Shown here: piece after piece, positions 1 through 13,023 of the stretch | Layout of the letters: each line of letters begins with the position of its first letter | Numbering within the stretch: the first letter of the stretch is position 1 | Source of the DNA: Octopus vulgaris | Lineage: Eukaryota | Length of the DNA stretch: 64,000 nucleotides | Direction: 5' to 3' | Assembly: GCA_951406725.2 (NCBI GenBank) | Contig: OX597820.1 | Coordinates: forward strand, 125,984,001-126,048,000 | Notes under the pieces: model-generated | Databases searched by the model: none | Seen by the model: only the letters and a program-made list of their open reading frames with translations | What the model was told of the DNA's origin: nothing | Position numbers and translations under genes: made by a program

Positions 1-415
1 GCATCAACAAATTGAATTTTTCCCTCTTACTTCACTTGTTTGTCCTTAACATTTGTTTTCTCGTTGACTCATTTCTGGCATGTTACTTTCACCACCACAT
101 ACGTCAAAGACAACACAGCGATAAAATGATGTGTGAAGAATGCAGGAAGAATATTAACAAAGCAAACAGTATTTCAATAGTCTGGAGTTTAGTTAAGTAA
201 AGTATTAATATTTATAAATTGATTAAACCCCGAAGATAAGTAATTTTCGTTTTGCTATACAGAATATAAACCTACTTCTGATTGTAATAAGAAAATACAG
301 AGCACAGGCGGAATAAATGACCGTTAAAACAAAGCTATGCATACATACGTGCCTGCGCATACATATTAAAACTGGCTTGTATTAGTCAGTCCCTGCTATT
401 CTCTACGTGTATGTA

Positions 416-711
416 GGTATGTATGTATGTATGTATGTATGTATGTATGTATGTATGTATGTATGTATGTGAGTGTATGTGTATTATGTATGTATGTATG
501 TATGTATTATGTATGTATGTATGTATGTATGCATACACACATACATATGTAAACGCAGATGTATGTCAGAGTTCATGAATACATGTATGGGTGTATAAGT
601 ACCAGTTGTAGAACTGGAAATATGCATAGCAATGAATGTATGCATGTGTCTGTTGTGCGTGCGTATGTGTGCTTTGCACGTGTGTTCTTTGTTTATGAGT
701 ATGTATATATG

Positions 712-759
<48 letters not shown>

Positions 760-970
760 TATGCATATATATATATGTGTGTGTTAGTGTGTATATATAC
801 ACATATATGTATATATGTATATATATATAGGTATATATATATGTATATACGTATATAGATATGTATATATATATGTATAAGTATATATATGTATATACAT
901 ATATATATATATTTGTTTATGCATATGTATATATCTATCATATATACATACAGATATACACACACAACAC

Positions 971-1029
<59 letters not shown>

Positions 1030-2055
1030 GTCTGATTAGATTTGTGGATAGATAGATAAGAACAAAGATGTACTGATATATGCATATATATATAGGCATT
1101 GTTTAAGTAGCATATATGTGTGTGTTTGTCTAGTATATTTGTGTATGTGTGTGTGCGTGAGTGTGTGAATACTTATAGTGGTATGTAGCTATTGTGTCAA
1201 TGTGCATTTTATGTATATACGAATGTAAACGTATATATAATTGTGGAATTAGTTGTGTGTGAGAGTGCATGTTATCTCGGCAAATTACATTAACATTAAT
1301 CGCCCTCTAGTGCTTTTAACTTTCGCAACACACATTAATCACAAATAACGTATGTATGTATGTATGTATGTATGTATGTATGTATGTATGTATGTATTAT
1401 GTATGTATGTATGTATGTATGTATGTATTATGTATGTATGTATGTATGTAAAAACACAATGCTGCTCTAGGAGATTTCGTACTAGAATTACAATCTTCAA
1501 ACTGACAAAAGAAAATGCCTTCTAGAAGCTAACATATTCATGTTGCAATTAGCGTGTTAAACGTTCTCATCCGAGAGTGCTCTCAGAAATTGTCTACGTT
1601 TGACATATCTATATATGTGTGTGTGCAAGTGTATGTGTGTGCGTGTGTATATATGTATATATATATTTTTTTATATACATATATGTATATATATATGTAT
1701 ATATATATATATATATACACATATATATATATATATATACATAAACATATATATATATGTATATATACATTTATATATATATAAACACACACACACACAT
1801 ATATTTATATATAAGCATAAATAGATAGATAGATAGTAAGATAGATAGATATATTTTTATCATGTTTATAATGATGGTTGGAGGACATTGTTAGAAGATA
1901 TTATGTATGTATGTATGTATGTATGTATGTATGTATGTATGTATGTATGTATGTATGTATGTATGTATGTATTATGTATGTATGTATGTATGTATGTATG
2001 TATGTATGTATGTATGTATGTATGTATGTATGTATTAACCAAAACGTATGTTAAA

Positions 2056-2091
<36 letters not shown>

Positions 2092-2330
2092 TGTATGTAT
2101 GTATTATGTATGTATGTATGTATGTATTATGTATGTATGTATGTATGTATGTATGTATGTATTATGTATGTATGTATGTATGTATTATGTATGTATGTAT
2201 GTATGTATTATGTATGTATGTATGTATGTATGTATGTATGTATGTATGTATGTATGTGAGTGTACGTGATATACTATATATATGGATATGTATGTGTCTG
2301 TGTATACACATCTATGTATACACTATACAT
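416..2330. repeat. Compound microsatellite field: (TATG)n, (TA)n, (TG)n, (GATA)n
   Basis: Long runs are directly visible. The overlapping ORFs (YIYI/VCMY) are translations of these repeats. Confidence 0.95.
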
Positions 2331-2601
2331 ATGTATATACGCAGATAGATATGCATACTTATACAATCCATGATATATTCACCAATGCAATATATAGTCT
2401 TAATTAGCTATACTTGCCTAGATGCATTTGTATTCAGCTAACCGGTTAATCACATGCATTTTAAAGTGCTTTGATCGATGATTATTTGCGCATTTTCAAA
2501 TCTCAGTGTGTAGAATTGTGTTCAAATCTCAGTGTGTAGAATTTTTGAAAGTAAACACGCGTTGAAAGTAAACACGCGTATGGTCACAGAAAAGCATGAA
2601 C

Positions 2602-2646
<45 letters not shown>

Positions 2647-2737
2647 ATTATAATTTAGGGTATCTAAGAGATACCACCACGTTGAAAATAGCAGTCAAAT
2701 CTTGACTCTAAAACCACATTAAATATATTTATAAATT

Positions 2738-2775
<38 letters not shown>

Positions 2776-2814
2776 AGTATGTATATATGGATGTATCTAG
2801 GTATATATATATAC

Positions 2815-2895
<81 letters not shown>

Positions 2896-2940
2896 TGAGA
2901 AAGTTGGTGTGTGAAAGCACGTGGTTGAATATAACGATGT

Positions 2941-2979
2941 AAGAAATTTGAAAAGCTGAACGCGAAACCGGTCTTTCTT
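2941..2979 (+). ncRNA. Degenerate minimal type I hammerhead-like motif
   Basis: aagaaa-t-TTGAAAA-gc(tgaac)gc-GAA-ACCGGT-C-tttctt. Stem I is aagaaa/tttctt, stem III is palindromic, and the triplet is GUC. The CUGANGA box has two substitutions. Confidence 0.5.
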
Positions 2980-3097
2980 CAAAAACTATGTCATTGTATG
3001 AAAAAAATTTATAACATTCTTCAGACATAATGACTCAAATATATATTTTTTAACCTTTTAAAACAAGCCTTCTGTAGTTTTTTCACTTTTTACTATT

Positions 3098-3136
<39 letters not shown>

Positions 3137-3242
3137 ATTGAGGTAATCAGATCAGATGGTTCATATTTGTAGATATTTATTTATATATTACATTTTTTAC
3201 ATATATATCATATCATTCGGATTAGCGCTTGCTCCCATTCTA

Positions 3243-3282
<40 letters not shown>

Positions 3283-3370
3283 TATATTTTGGTATGGTCA
3301 TTTTCTTTGCTTTTTTTTCATTTTTGTCTTCTAAGTAAACATATGCACTATATATTAGTTCTTCCCTCGT

Positions 3371-3535
3371 TTATTACTGTTCTTTTTTTATCATATGTCT
3401 ATTGTCCGGAAATCTTTCGTCACTCATGTGTGACCTCTTCAGTGATACTTTCCGTCCACGTGTGTCCTCCTGCTTCGATTAATCCATTCCCGAAAGATTT
3501 CTGGACAGTGGACCTAAGATAAAATTAGAACAGTA

Positions 3536-3538
<3 letters not shown>
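3371..3538 (-). mobile_element. Small fold-back element carrying a hammerhead core on the minus strand
   Basis: Inverted repeat 3371-3419 / 3491-3538. The minus strand reads CTGAAGA-G-GTCAC(acatga)GTGAC-GAAA-GATTTC at 3442-3409. Stem I is weak. Confidence 0.6.
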
Positions 3539-3589
<51 letters not shown>

Positions 3590-3866
3590 TTGTGTATGTC
3601 TGTCTGTCTGTAATTAAGTGTTTGTATATATTAATCAGGACAGTAGCAAGCTCGTGATTGTTATGTCTAACAGACATGGTAAGAGTGACAGTTAACCCTT
3701 TCGCAACGAAATTGAATTTCATGGTTATTCCAGTATTGTTGTTAAGTATCTACCAGAAACAAAATAGAAGTTGTATTTTCTGCAAGTTGCAATCCCTCAA
3801 TGGACTAGAAATATTTTTAACAAAAATAGTTTAAAACATGACAACAATGAGCAAAAGATACATAGT

Positions 3867-4262
3867 TATATATAAAAGTAAGTTTGTGTGCTGTCTGTCT
3901 CTTACGAATTAGATTCCTAACTACTCCCACATTTTGCGGTGCAGTTTAACCAAAACCGGGTATCTTATAGTCGTGATTCATATCAAGCCCTTCTGGGTAT
4001 TAGCGCACGTCTACGATGAGTGTACGATTTTTAAAAAAATTTACCATCAATTTTTCACATTTTTAATGCATTTTTGGCATATATAAGGGAAGCAACTCTC
4101 TAAAAATTTATTATTAGATCTCAGAACGTAAAAAGCTACAGTAACACCACCCCACACTTTGTGGTTAACCATATTGAGATGGCTATTATACTTTACATCT
4201 CTAAAAATGCTTATATAGTTATTTCCCTTACAAGCCCGAGCAACGCCGGACGATACTGCTAT
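3867..4262 (+). mobile_element. Non-autonomous Helitron-like element
   Basis: 5' tatataaaag...tgtctgtct and 3' hairpin cccgagcaacgccgga followed by ...tactgcta. The same 3' end recurs at 16043-16112, ending in CTAG. Confidence 0.65.
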
Positions 4263-4821
4263 TAGTTGTATAAAGCTGCATCCCAAATCTAAACGTAGTG
4301 AAAGTGGGTATACGTGCTTTCCACAGCAAAAAGATTAATGCTTATTGTAAATCTCTATAATGTAAAAATCTGCAGGAGACACTTTCGACGCCGAAAACCA
4401 AGAAGATTGATATTTTAAACTGCGAAAATTTCTAACTCAGAGATGTGTGGGCTTAGGGAAATGAAACACAATAGCCGTAGCAAAGAAAGATGTTTCTGTT
4501 GATCTGACTACCAAGTGACTAGTTTTAAGAATACAGTTTTTGCTGTTAAAATACTTTGCGGCGTTTTTTTCTATCATGCATATATGTGTATATTCATGTT
4601 GCTGATATTTTTGTTGCTGTTCTTGTTTAGCTCAAGTCTATTCCCGACCAAGTTGACCAACGATGAAAGTAAGTTCAGTGTTTTCGAAATAGTTTATGAC
4701 TACAATATTTAACATGTCCAATCCTATCAATATGAAAGATTTTCAGAGGTGTTTTAGGAGAGACTAGTCTGTTATTTCTAGAATGTTGAGTGGCTACCAG
4801 CGCATATATCTTCTGCTATAG

Positions 4822-5070
4822 CCCCAGACTGGTCAATGCCTTGTCAGTGAATCTGGTAGACGGAAATTCAAAGAAGTCCGTCATATATATATATATATAT
4901 ATGTATATATGTGTTTGCCTCTTACCATCGCTTAACAGCCGATGTTAATTTATTTACGTTCTCGTTACATAGCGGCTCAGCAACAGTTACTGATAGAATC
5001 AGTACCGGGATTAGTACTGGCGTCGATTTGTTCCATTAAGACCCTTCAATGGGGTGCCACAGCATTGCCT
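4822..5070 (+). mobile_element. Degenerate SINE (3' domain family also at 32943-33140 and 49555-49650)
   Basis: Shared motifs ccatcgctt...cgatgtt...tttacg...agcgg.tc.gcaa...gatagaat.agtac with the reverse-strand copies. Confidence 0.6.
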
Positions 5071-5130
5071 TACTTTAATGAGTGAAACAAGTAAAAAATA
5101 AAATATAATACAGTATATACATCTAGGTCA

Positions 5131-5165
<35 letters not shown>

Positions 5166-5221
5166 TATATAAACATATACATACATAGATATGTAGAAGT
5201 ATATAAAAACATATATATAAA

Positions 5222-5562
5222 TGGTAAAGACCTCCTTTTCGGTCATGAATGACAATGGGATTGAACCTAGAAAGTTAACCTACGAGTCACAAGTCGCGCA
5301 AGGCCGTTTACGGAGGAGCAGCAGTCACCCATGCATACCAGGCTCCCCTCTCCGCACCAACGATGGTATCCAAGGGAAAGCAGAGACCGAAACAGCTTGG
5401 CACCAGTGACGTCGTGACTCCTTTCTACAGCTCAGTGAATCGGAACAACGTTAGACAAAATGTGTTGCTCAAAGACACAACACGCAGCCCGGTCCGGGAC
5501 TCGAACTCACTACCTCATGATCGTGAGCCGGACACACGAGTGACAAAGTCATGCGCCTTCAC
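5222..5562 (-). mobile_element. tRNA-derived SINE with CORE-like central domain
   Basis: B-box-like gagttcgagtccc on the minus strand and central tgtgtctttgagcaacaca. The head is homologous to 24918-25182. Confidence 0.75.
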
Positions 5563-7557
5563 TATTCGCTATTAGAAGAAATATTCTATAACGAATGCGG
5601 GTTTGATTTATTTCTTTTTATTATTTATTCATTATTTGATTAGTTATGTGTGTGTATGTGTTATGCTGTCATGTGTATATATATATAACAACATAAAGAA
5701 GACAATGTGAAAAGAGAAAAGTTTCATAACCTTAGGTAACCTTCTTTACTCTGCTCAGTTTTGCTGGTGGACCCTTTTGCTTGAAACTGTGCATTATTTT
5801 CTTATTTTTATTCATATTATCATGCCTCACGTAAGCTACATGCTTCTTCAAGTAACCTTCCTTCCTCTTCGTGTAAACTACATTCGCATACATATATGTA
5901 TATTTGTGTGTATGTACGTGCATGTCGCATATTTATGTATGTGTATATTTAGAGAGGTGTCCCAAACGGTATCAGCTTCAAGGCAATAATAAAAGTACTT
6001 CCATCCTACATATCATTATAATTCGTCTTTATCATACATTATAAAAGATTTAAAAATTTTAAAAGAGAAGTTTCAAATTATACCTGGCCATTGTAAAACA
6101 AAAAAAAAAAGATACTTATCATAATGTTGTCCTTTATACGCGACGCCTGTAAAAATAAGTTGAGATTTTCATAGTACGAAAGATTTTGGCCGTAAAGTTA
6201 TGCTCGATCGGAACTCACCTAGAGTTAAACAACAAGCGAGTCTGGATTTTTATATGTATTTTCACGAGGCTCTAGTTTCTGAACAGCATTTGTAGAGTTC
6301 AGTCAACAAGAATTTTATTTTGTTTCTTTAATAACCTTCTTCGAGAAATTCTATTGTCTGTAATTTTCGCATAATCAATATTTCCCAAAGTCTAGCAACA
6401 CTTCTTTGCAGAATCATTACAGCAAGTATAATTCGTGAGTCGGTTGCGTGTTGCAATGGATTTTTTTCACTTTGTAGCTTTTCTCGTGATTCGGTCAACT
6501 ATTTGAGTGGATTTTGCAGAGGCGTTTTCTTTCTACAAAATGCATTATGACACTTAAATTGAAAGGATTATTAAGAAGCCTATGTTTCATCTTACAAGCA
6601 ACCAACTCTTAATCAGGCAGTGTCCCTGTTATAAGACAATCAAATAATCTCCAGCATTGTATTAAAGTGCCATTTAATCTATAAAATAAAACAATGGTTC
6701 TATTTATATTGCTTTTCAAAATATATGAGTAATATACGAGCAATATTGATTACGTGTTAAAATTGGTAATTAAAATTTGCATTAATTTTTGGCTAATCTT
6801 TTAGTTAGCTATTAGCAGAAATATTACTGTAGCGAATGTTGTTTTATATAATTATTTATTATTTATTCATTATTTAATTAGTTATTGCTAATTCACAGAA
6901 TATATGCAATCCAATAGAATTTTGTTGTTTTCATACGTTTTATTCGCTTAATATTAGTTTACAAAAAGCTGTGCCTTATTTCATATCATGCTATTGCATT
7001 TTCAAACATGCATTGTTATATTGAAATCGATAAATTTTACAATAGCCAGTAAAGAAAATTTTATAATGGTTTTTATTTTATTTTATTCTGTTAATCAACG
7101 ATTATTTGGGAAAATATTTAGTAGTTTGTTTGCTCTACGTTTTATATACTTCTCTTCTGTATTCAGAAAATAGCAAACTCTATAAAACTTAAGTGAATTC
7201 GAGAATAAAAAAATATATGACTGGTGATTGGAACTAGTAGATGAGCTGACTTTCAAACTGCACCGTAAATGACGTTATACAAATTCGAATCAATCTACGA
7301 TTGGGCGTAAGTATGGTCTAGCTCAAATAATAAATACAGTAACCGATGTAGTTGTTTTGAGCGGTTCCTTTCGAATCTAAGATCTGCTTGATCTGAGCTG
7401 ACATACAGCGCACAAAAACATATAGACATGTAAAGAATTTCCTATTTGAGAAATACCCAGACCTAGAAAGATAAAATCATAGCTGTTGCCTCTTGAAGTA
7501 TATCTGCATATTCCAGTATTACAATCCGGTATGTAGATATTGTCGTTGTTGTATTAA

Positions 7558-7868
7558 GAAAACAGGGAGCTGGTAAATTTTCAGTATCATTTATTCACCA
7601 TTACACGTGTTTCATTTGCTAATAGTAATTACAAAATATTTCATGTTAGATAAACATGTAAGGAATTTCCTGTTAGAAATTCTAACTGAATATAAGGCCT
7701 TCATCGAGACGTAAATTTTGTATTATTTATTCACCTGTCTATAGAATTAATAATAGGGAATTTCTTACATGTTTATGTAGCATGTAAGACTTAATAATTT
7801 TTATTAGTAAATGAAACCTATATATCAGTGAATAAATAACACCAAAACTTTTCCAACTTCCTGCTTTG
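7558..7868. mobile_element. Imperfect fold-back element (~125-bp arms) with decayed hammerhead-like motifs
   Basis: Arms 7558-7684 and ~7742-7868 are reverse complements (e.g. ataaacatgtaaggaatttcct / agggaatttcttacatgtttat). The minus strand has GAAACACGTGTA at 7613-7602. Confidence 0.7.
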
Positions 7869-7899
7869 TTATATATACGAGGAGAAGGAAAAAATTATC

Positions 7900-8287
7900 C
7901 GTACTTTCGCCATACCATATCTTTCTTATTTCTATGGTCAGGTGTTGAAATTCATCGGAGGCTTCTAGCACAGTACGGGGAGAGTGCACTACTGCGTAGA
8001 AGCGTGTATGAGTCAATCGAGTTGTGTAAAAGTGGACTTATAAGCGTGACACACGAAGTGGGTTCAGCAAACTCGAGAGATGATAATGGTGGACCGGTTC
8101 ACCATTGCCATTTTCGGTTCACTGCTCTTTGTTCTTCTTTGGTGCCGACTGCTAGACTGTAATGCCAGAAAGAAAATGGCGTGATCAGACTCAAACTTCG
8201 ATCACGTTACCACAATAGTACCAATAATAAGAAAAGAAGGCTGTGTCGCAATAAATATATGTACGGATAATTGTTGACTTCCTCTTG

Positions 8288-8290
<3 letters not shown>
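7900..8290 (+). mobile_element. Mariner-type transposon relic (N-terminal HTH fragment)
   Basis: EIHRRLLAQYGESALLRRSVYESIELCKSGLISVTHE resembles the mariner HTH. The element ends ...cctcttg-TA at a TA run. Confidence 0.65.
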
Positions 8291-8352
<62 letters not shown>

Positions 8353-8494
8353 ATGTGTGGGGGTGTATGTATGTGTGTGCTGGTGTGTGTATGTGTGTGT
8401 TTAAAATCTGTGGATAACCTTAAGACTGAAAACAACGCATTGCTAATAGAAAATAAGACACAGTATTCACTGATAAACCTTAAATATATTTAGT

Positions 8495-9190
8495 AGGTAA
8501 TTCCTAGAGATATGTGCCCGCCACCACCGACTTCTTTTCCTCATAACTTACAGAAAAATGGATATTTTTTTATGAAAATTCTACAAATATGCTTCAGATC
8601 GTGCAGATTCCGATTATATTGGAATTTGTCGTGAAAATGTTGGGAAGAGGAGTTTTGGAGAATTTCATACAAGTTGGCTTTGTTTCCTCATAACTTTCAG
8701 AAAAGTGTGCATTCTTTTTTAACGAAATTTTCTGCAAGTACTTTCGATTATATCGGAATTTGATGTGAACAGAAAAATAGTGAAAATGGACACAAACATC
8801 CTAACATAGATCACATTTTTTTTCGAAACTTCAAATTCTATTTTGCAGATATGTGACACGTGTCAGTATGTATGTGTACGAGCCCACTAATTTCTTTTCT
8901 TTTCTGGGGTTTTTTTCTAATATTAAATTCCGATATAATTGCAATCTACTCTGCAAGGTATTTATAGAAAATTTCATTCAAAATTACCTATTTATCTTAA
9001 ACTTTTGAGTAAAGAAAGCCGTCTCTTGTGAATTTTCCGAAACTCTTCACCCCACCCTATATATAATGCTATAATCCGAATTTTTTCTATCTGAAGCGTC
9101 TTTGTAGAAACTCTCATTTAGAAATAGCCTTTTTTCAAAAAGTTATGAGGAAACGAAATCAGAATGGGGTACACATCTGTAGGCATGCCC
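8495..9190. mobile_element. MITE/fold-back element with ~270-bp imperfect TIRs containing internal tandem subrepeats
   Basis: ttcctcataactt occurs twice in the left arm versus aagttatgaggaa in the right arm. Also gcttcagat/atctgaagc and ttatatcggaattt/aaattccgatataa. Confidence 0.75.
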
Positions 9191-9668
9191 GGTGTCCCTA
9201 CCAGCAATTAATATGTACGTACCTGTTACCAGGAATGCGTTTAACATGTAAATAGGTCTACCCAATAGTGTTACACGGCTAAATTTAATGAATATTTAAG
9301 CAATGTATTCGTAGGTAGCTAATGGGATTGATGTGGTGTTGTACAAGGTGAAATGACTTGTCAAATAAGCATATACACATATACAATGAATAGCTATGTA
9401 TCTATCTTCAGTCGCATTGTTTACGTAGACGTATTAATATACGAGATCTCGTAACTTTCAGTGTTAGCTTTAAGTTCTATAAAACATTTTTAGATACACT
9501 TCATATTATATATTTATATATGCTCATACCCACGAAGCACCTTTTCTTGCTAACGCATTGTATTCAAATTTATTTTAACAATTATATTTTTATGACTCTT
9601 TTGTGTAATTCTTCTCTTACTCACTGCTCTTGTGATAACACCACTGTTCATCTGTTTCCCATTTTCAG

Positions 9669-9694
9669 ATGAAGCACAAGGACCTGAAGATTAG
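9669..9694 (+). other. Candidate 3' splice acceptor / possible terminal exon (DEAQGPED* in phase 1)
   Basis: Branch-like tactcac, pyrimidine tract and ttttcag|, followed by repeat-poor sequence. No homology support. Confidence 0.25.
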
Positions 9695-11032
9695 ATTTTC
9701 CATACTTCACACTAACTCAACTTATCATGCTGTTCTATGTTATACGAAGAGTACGATAAGCTCACTTGCTGTTGTAAATGTGAAGGTAGCTAATCACGTG
9801 ACATATCCAACCAGCAAAATTGATGGCGTCATTGATTTTGCTTCCTTCGTATATACAATTTGTCGAATATCCTTTTGATTATTTACTCAAAAATTCACCA
9901 ATATAGATACTAAGAACGCGACACAACTCATTTGATGTCAAATATTCAGTGAGCAAGAAGTCCTGTGTTTTCGTTGTTTTTTCAAAATATCATTCTGTCA
10001 CGCGAAAATGGAAATACAATATAATTACATACACGCGCACTTAGATACTTAGTATCAATTGATTTCAGATGTTAGTGATTCTTAACATTAAAGCTACTAA
10101 AATAGTTACTAAGCATGCAACTTAATACTGATTGCATACCAGGAGAATTTAAAAGATTCTTGTGTATTAATTAATTTAATTTTGCTGGGGTTCGTATTAT
10201 GTATATTATATAGTAATTACATAACAGAACGGTGGATTAAAGTAAACAACAAATAGAGCATAATCGTGAGATTGGGTGGCCCCCAGATGAAATTTCATTT
10301 ACGAAACATTATTGATGTTTTCTCCCCACGGTATACAGACTTATCTAATCTCACAAACATTCGGAGTATAATGTCTGCCGATATTCACCAACGACGTCGA
10401 CTTTTCCTTGGACTCTGTTCTTTTATTCATTTCTAATTATCTTGTTATGCAATCTGCCATCTTAGTATAAGTGTTTAATGAGAAACTGAATAATAAATAT
10501 AATTAAATGTCCTAATGCTGTTCCTTTTTTTTGTTGTTCTTATTGTTGCTGCTACTGAAACTCCCGCTGTTGGTGCACATCTTGCTGCTCTTCATACTGT
10601 TCTTTTGATATTGTTGATGTTGTTGCTATTGTCAATTTTTTTCTTGTTTATCCTGTTATGCTTACTAACGCTGCTGTAGAGGGCGTTATTGATGCAGATG
10701 ATGATGATGATGATGATGATGATGGTACGGAGGAGAGCGTTCTTCTGATCCCACATCTGCTGTTTTTCTTACTCTTACACTTACTCTTACTTCTGTCGTT
10801 GCTTTTGGTATTGTGGTTGATCTTGTTACTGCTATTGTGGTTGTTATCGTTGCAGGTGTTTCAACTTTTGTTGCTGCTGCTAGTTTTGTGATTTTTGTTG
10901 CTGCACCTACTGCATTTAAGGCTGCTAAAGTAATTGGTGTTGTTATTATTTGTGTTTCAGACCAGCCGTAATTTGACACCTTTAATATCGATCTTATAAA
11001 TGAGGCCAAATCTGAACATCGGTCTTATTCAC

Positions 11033-11117
11033 TCAGTTGATCGCCTAAAAAATATAAGGAACCGCCACTCTAAGCAATATTCTGGCGGTTCCCCTTATTT
11101 TTAGTGGAACAACAGAT
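11033..11117. repeat. Imperfect hairpin (~35-bp stem)
   Basis: tcagttgatcgcctaaaaaatataaggaaccgcca / tggcggttccccttatttttagtggaacaacaga. Confidence 0.7.
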
Positions 11118-11484
11118 TGATTGATACAATTGAACCGTGAAATAATATCTTAACCCGTGTCTGAAACAACTGTAAGCTTATAATGAATCAATAAATGCAT
11201 TGGATCGAATTGGTTTGGATTACCCGTTTTCAGGCAACTGCAGGACGATGGCCTCAGCTTGTTCTCTCCACCCAACCACGTCCTGAAGTGGAGGCTGTGA
11301 ATTTGAGTTTCAAATCATTCTAGTTTAATGAGCCTAATATTCCACATTCGCTCGATATGGCTGAGCAGAGGGAGGCAGTGTTTAAACTCATACCAGACGA
11401 AAATGAATAAATGTATATAACCATTACGTCTATCTATTCTATGTAGATAAATAGTTTTACAGATATACATACATACATATAATA

Positions 11485-11589
<105 letters not shown>

Positions 11590-11696
11590 TATATTGAGGG
11601 TACTATTATTCATAGATACCACACGCTACTAAAATACTACTAACATAAACAAAATTTTACCGAATACAAAACTTCAAAGCAAATCATTTAAAAAAA

Positions 11697-11773
11697 GAAT
11701 TTAGTTACATATCACCTGTGATTTCGCAATTAATGCAGAATATGCATTTTATGTTCATCAGTGCAACAAACTC
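11697..11773 (-). ncRNA. Type I hammerhead ribozyme candidate with intact core
   Basis: Minus strand: gagtttgttgca-CTGATGA-acataaaatgca(tattc)tgcattaattgc-GAA-ATCAC(ag)GTGAT-A-tgtaactaaattc. All three stems are present, the triplet is AUA, and the first pair of stem II is an A-C mismatch. Confidence 0.75.
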
Positions 11774-11774
11774 A

Positions 11775-11821
<47 letters not shown>

Positions 11822-11893
11822 TTTTTAACGCTAACTACTGATAATTTCTTTTAAAGATTTTATCCTCAATTGTCAATATATATATATATATAT

Positions 11894-11924
<31 letters not shown>

Positions 11925-11925
11925 T

Positions 11926-11969
<44 letters not shown>

Positions 11970-12309
11970 TGTATATATGTATGCATGCATGTATATATTA
12001 TGTGTGTATAACTATATGTATATATGTGTGTATGAGTGTGTGCGTGTGTGTGTATATGTGTATGTATGTATGTATGTGTATGTGTGTGTGTATTTAAGCA
12101 TTGTCGAGAGTGCATACTCGATATCCAGCACCCCTGAGAAGTTGGTCGTCTGTCTGTGACTTTCATATGTTTTAACACCTAGCGTAATGAGTGAGTTATC
12201 ACCCAGGCGCTACTCCGCAGCAAATCGACAAACAAGGAGAGCATGTGCATTGTGTCTGTGCGGTCGATAATGTTCACAACTGTAGCGCTGCTTTTAATTC
12301 GTTATTCAG

Positions 12310-12397
<88 letters not shown>

Positions 12398-12399
<2 letters not shown>

Positions 12400-12630
12400 T
12401 TCTTTACAATCCACCAGGAGCTAAACATATAGGGAACAAACAAGGACAGACAAAGGGATTAAGTCGATTACATCGACCCCAGTGCGAAATTGGTACTTTA
12501 TTTATCGACCCCGAAAGGATGAAAGGCAAAGTCTACCTCGATGGAATTTGAACTCAGAACGTAACGGCAGACGAAATACTGCTAAGCATTTCGCCCGGCG
12601 CGCTAACGTTTCTGCCAGCACGCCGCCTTG
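12398..12630 (-). mobile_element. Abundant tRNA-derived SINE (cephalopod-type), near full length
   Basis: Reverse complement of ggcggcgtgctggcagaaacgttagc...gttctgagttcaaattcc...cctttcatcctttcggggtcgataaa. Homologous copies at 18914, 19171 and 37265. Confidence 0.9.
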
Positions 12631-12786
12631 ATTATATATATATATATAATTAATGTAAACAACCGGTTGCAATGTTTCGCGAAGAACGAAAATTACAATT
12701 GTCACTAAATGTGACTAAGGTGTTAAGAAACACTTACATTGCTAGAAATAAAAAAAAATAAAATGCTCTAATGCTGTAGTTAACGC

Positions 12787-12866
12787 AAGGCGTAGTGGTT
12801 AAGTGCACGGGTTACCAACCCAAGATTCCGAGTTCGATTCCAGGCAGTAACCTGAACAATAATATT
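12787..12866 (+). mobile_element. tRNA-like SINE head (Pol III A and B boxes)
   Basis: ggcgtagtggttaag (A box) ... gagttcgattcc (B box), followed by aat repeats. Confidence 0.75.
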
Positions 12867-12867
12867 G

Positions 12868-12925
<58 letters not shown>

Positions 12926-12939
12926 CAGCAGCAGCAGCG

Positions 12940-13008
<69 letters not shown>

Positions 13009-13023
13009 ATGAGAAGAAGAAGA

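Noticed and set aside
559-2348. Many 60-120-aa ORFs (YIYI, VCMY, HTHT), here and throughout the window
   Set aside because: They are stop-free translations of microsatellites.
2495-2580. Two short tandem duplications resembling a spaced repeat array
   Set aside because: Only two units each with no regular spacers. Simple slippage, not CRISPR-like, and the context is eukaryotic.
6290-6700. Possible decayed DNA transposase N-terminus (minus strand)
   Set aside because: Similarity is too faint to support by eye.
10658-11009. Leu-rich membrane-like and His-tail ORFs
   Set aside because: Decayed GTT/GCT/GAT trinucleotide low-complexity sequence.
12787-12860. Functional tRNA gene
   Set aside because: A/B boxes are present but the acceptor stem is poor and the sequence runs into repeat DNA, so it is better explained as a SINE head.
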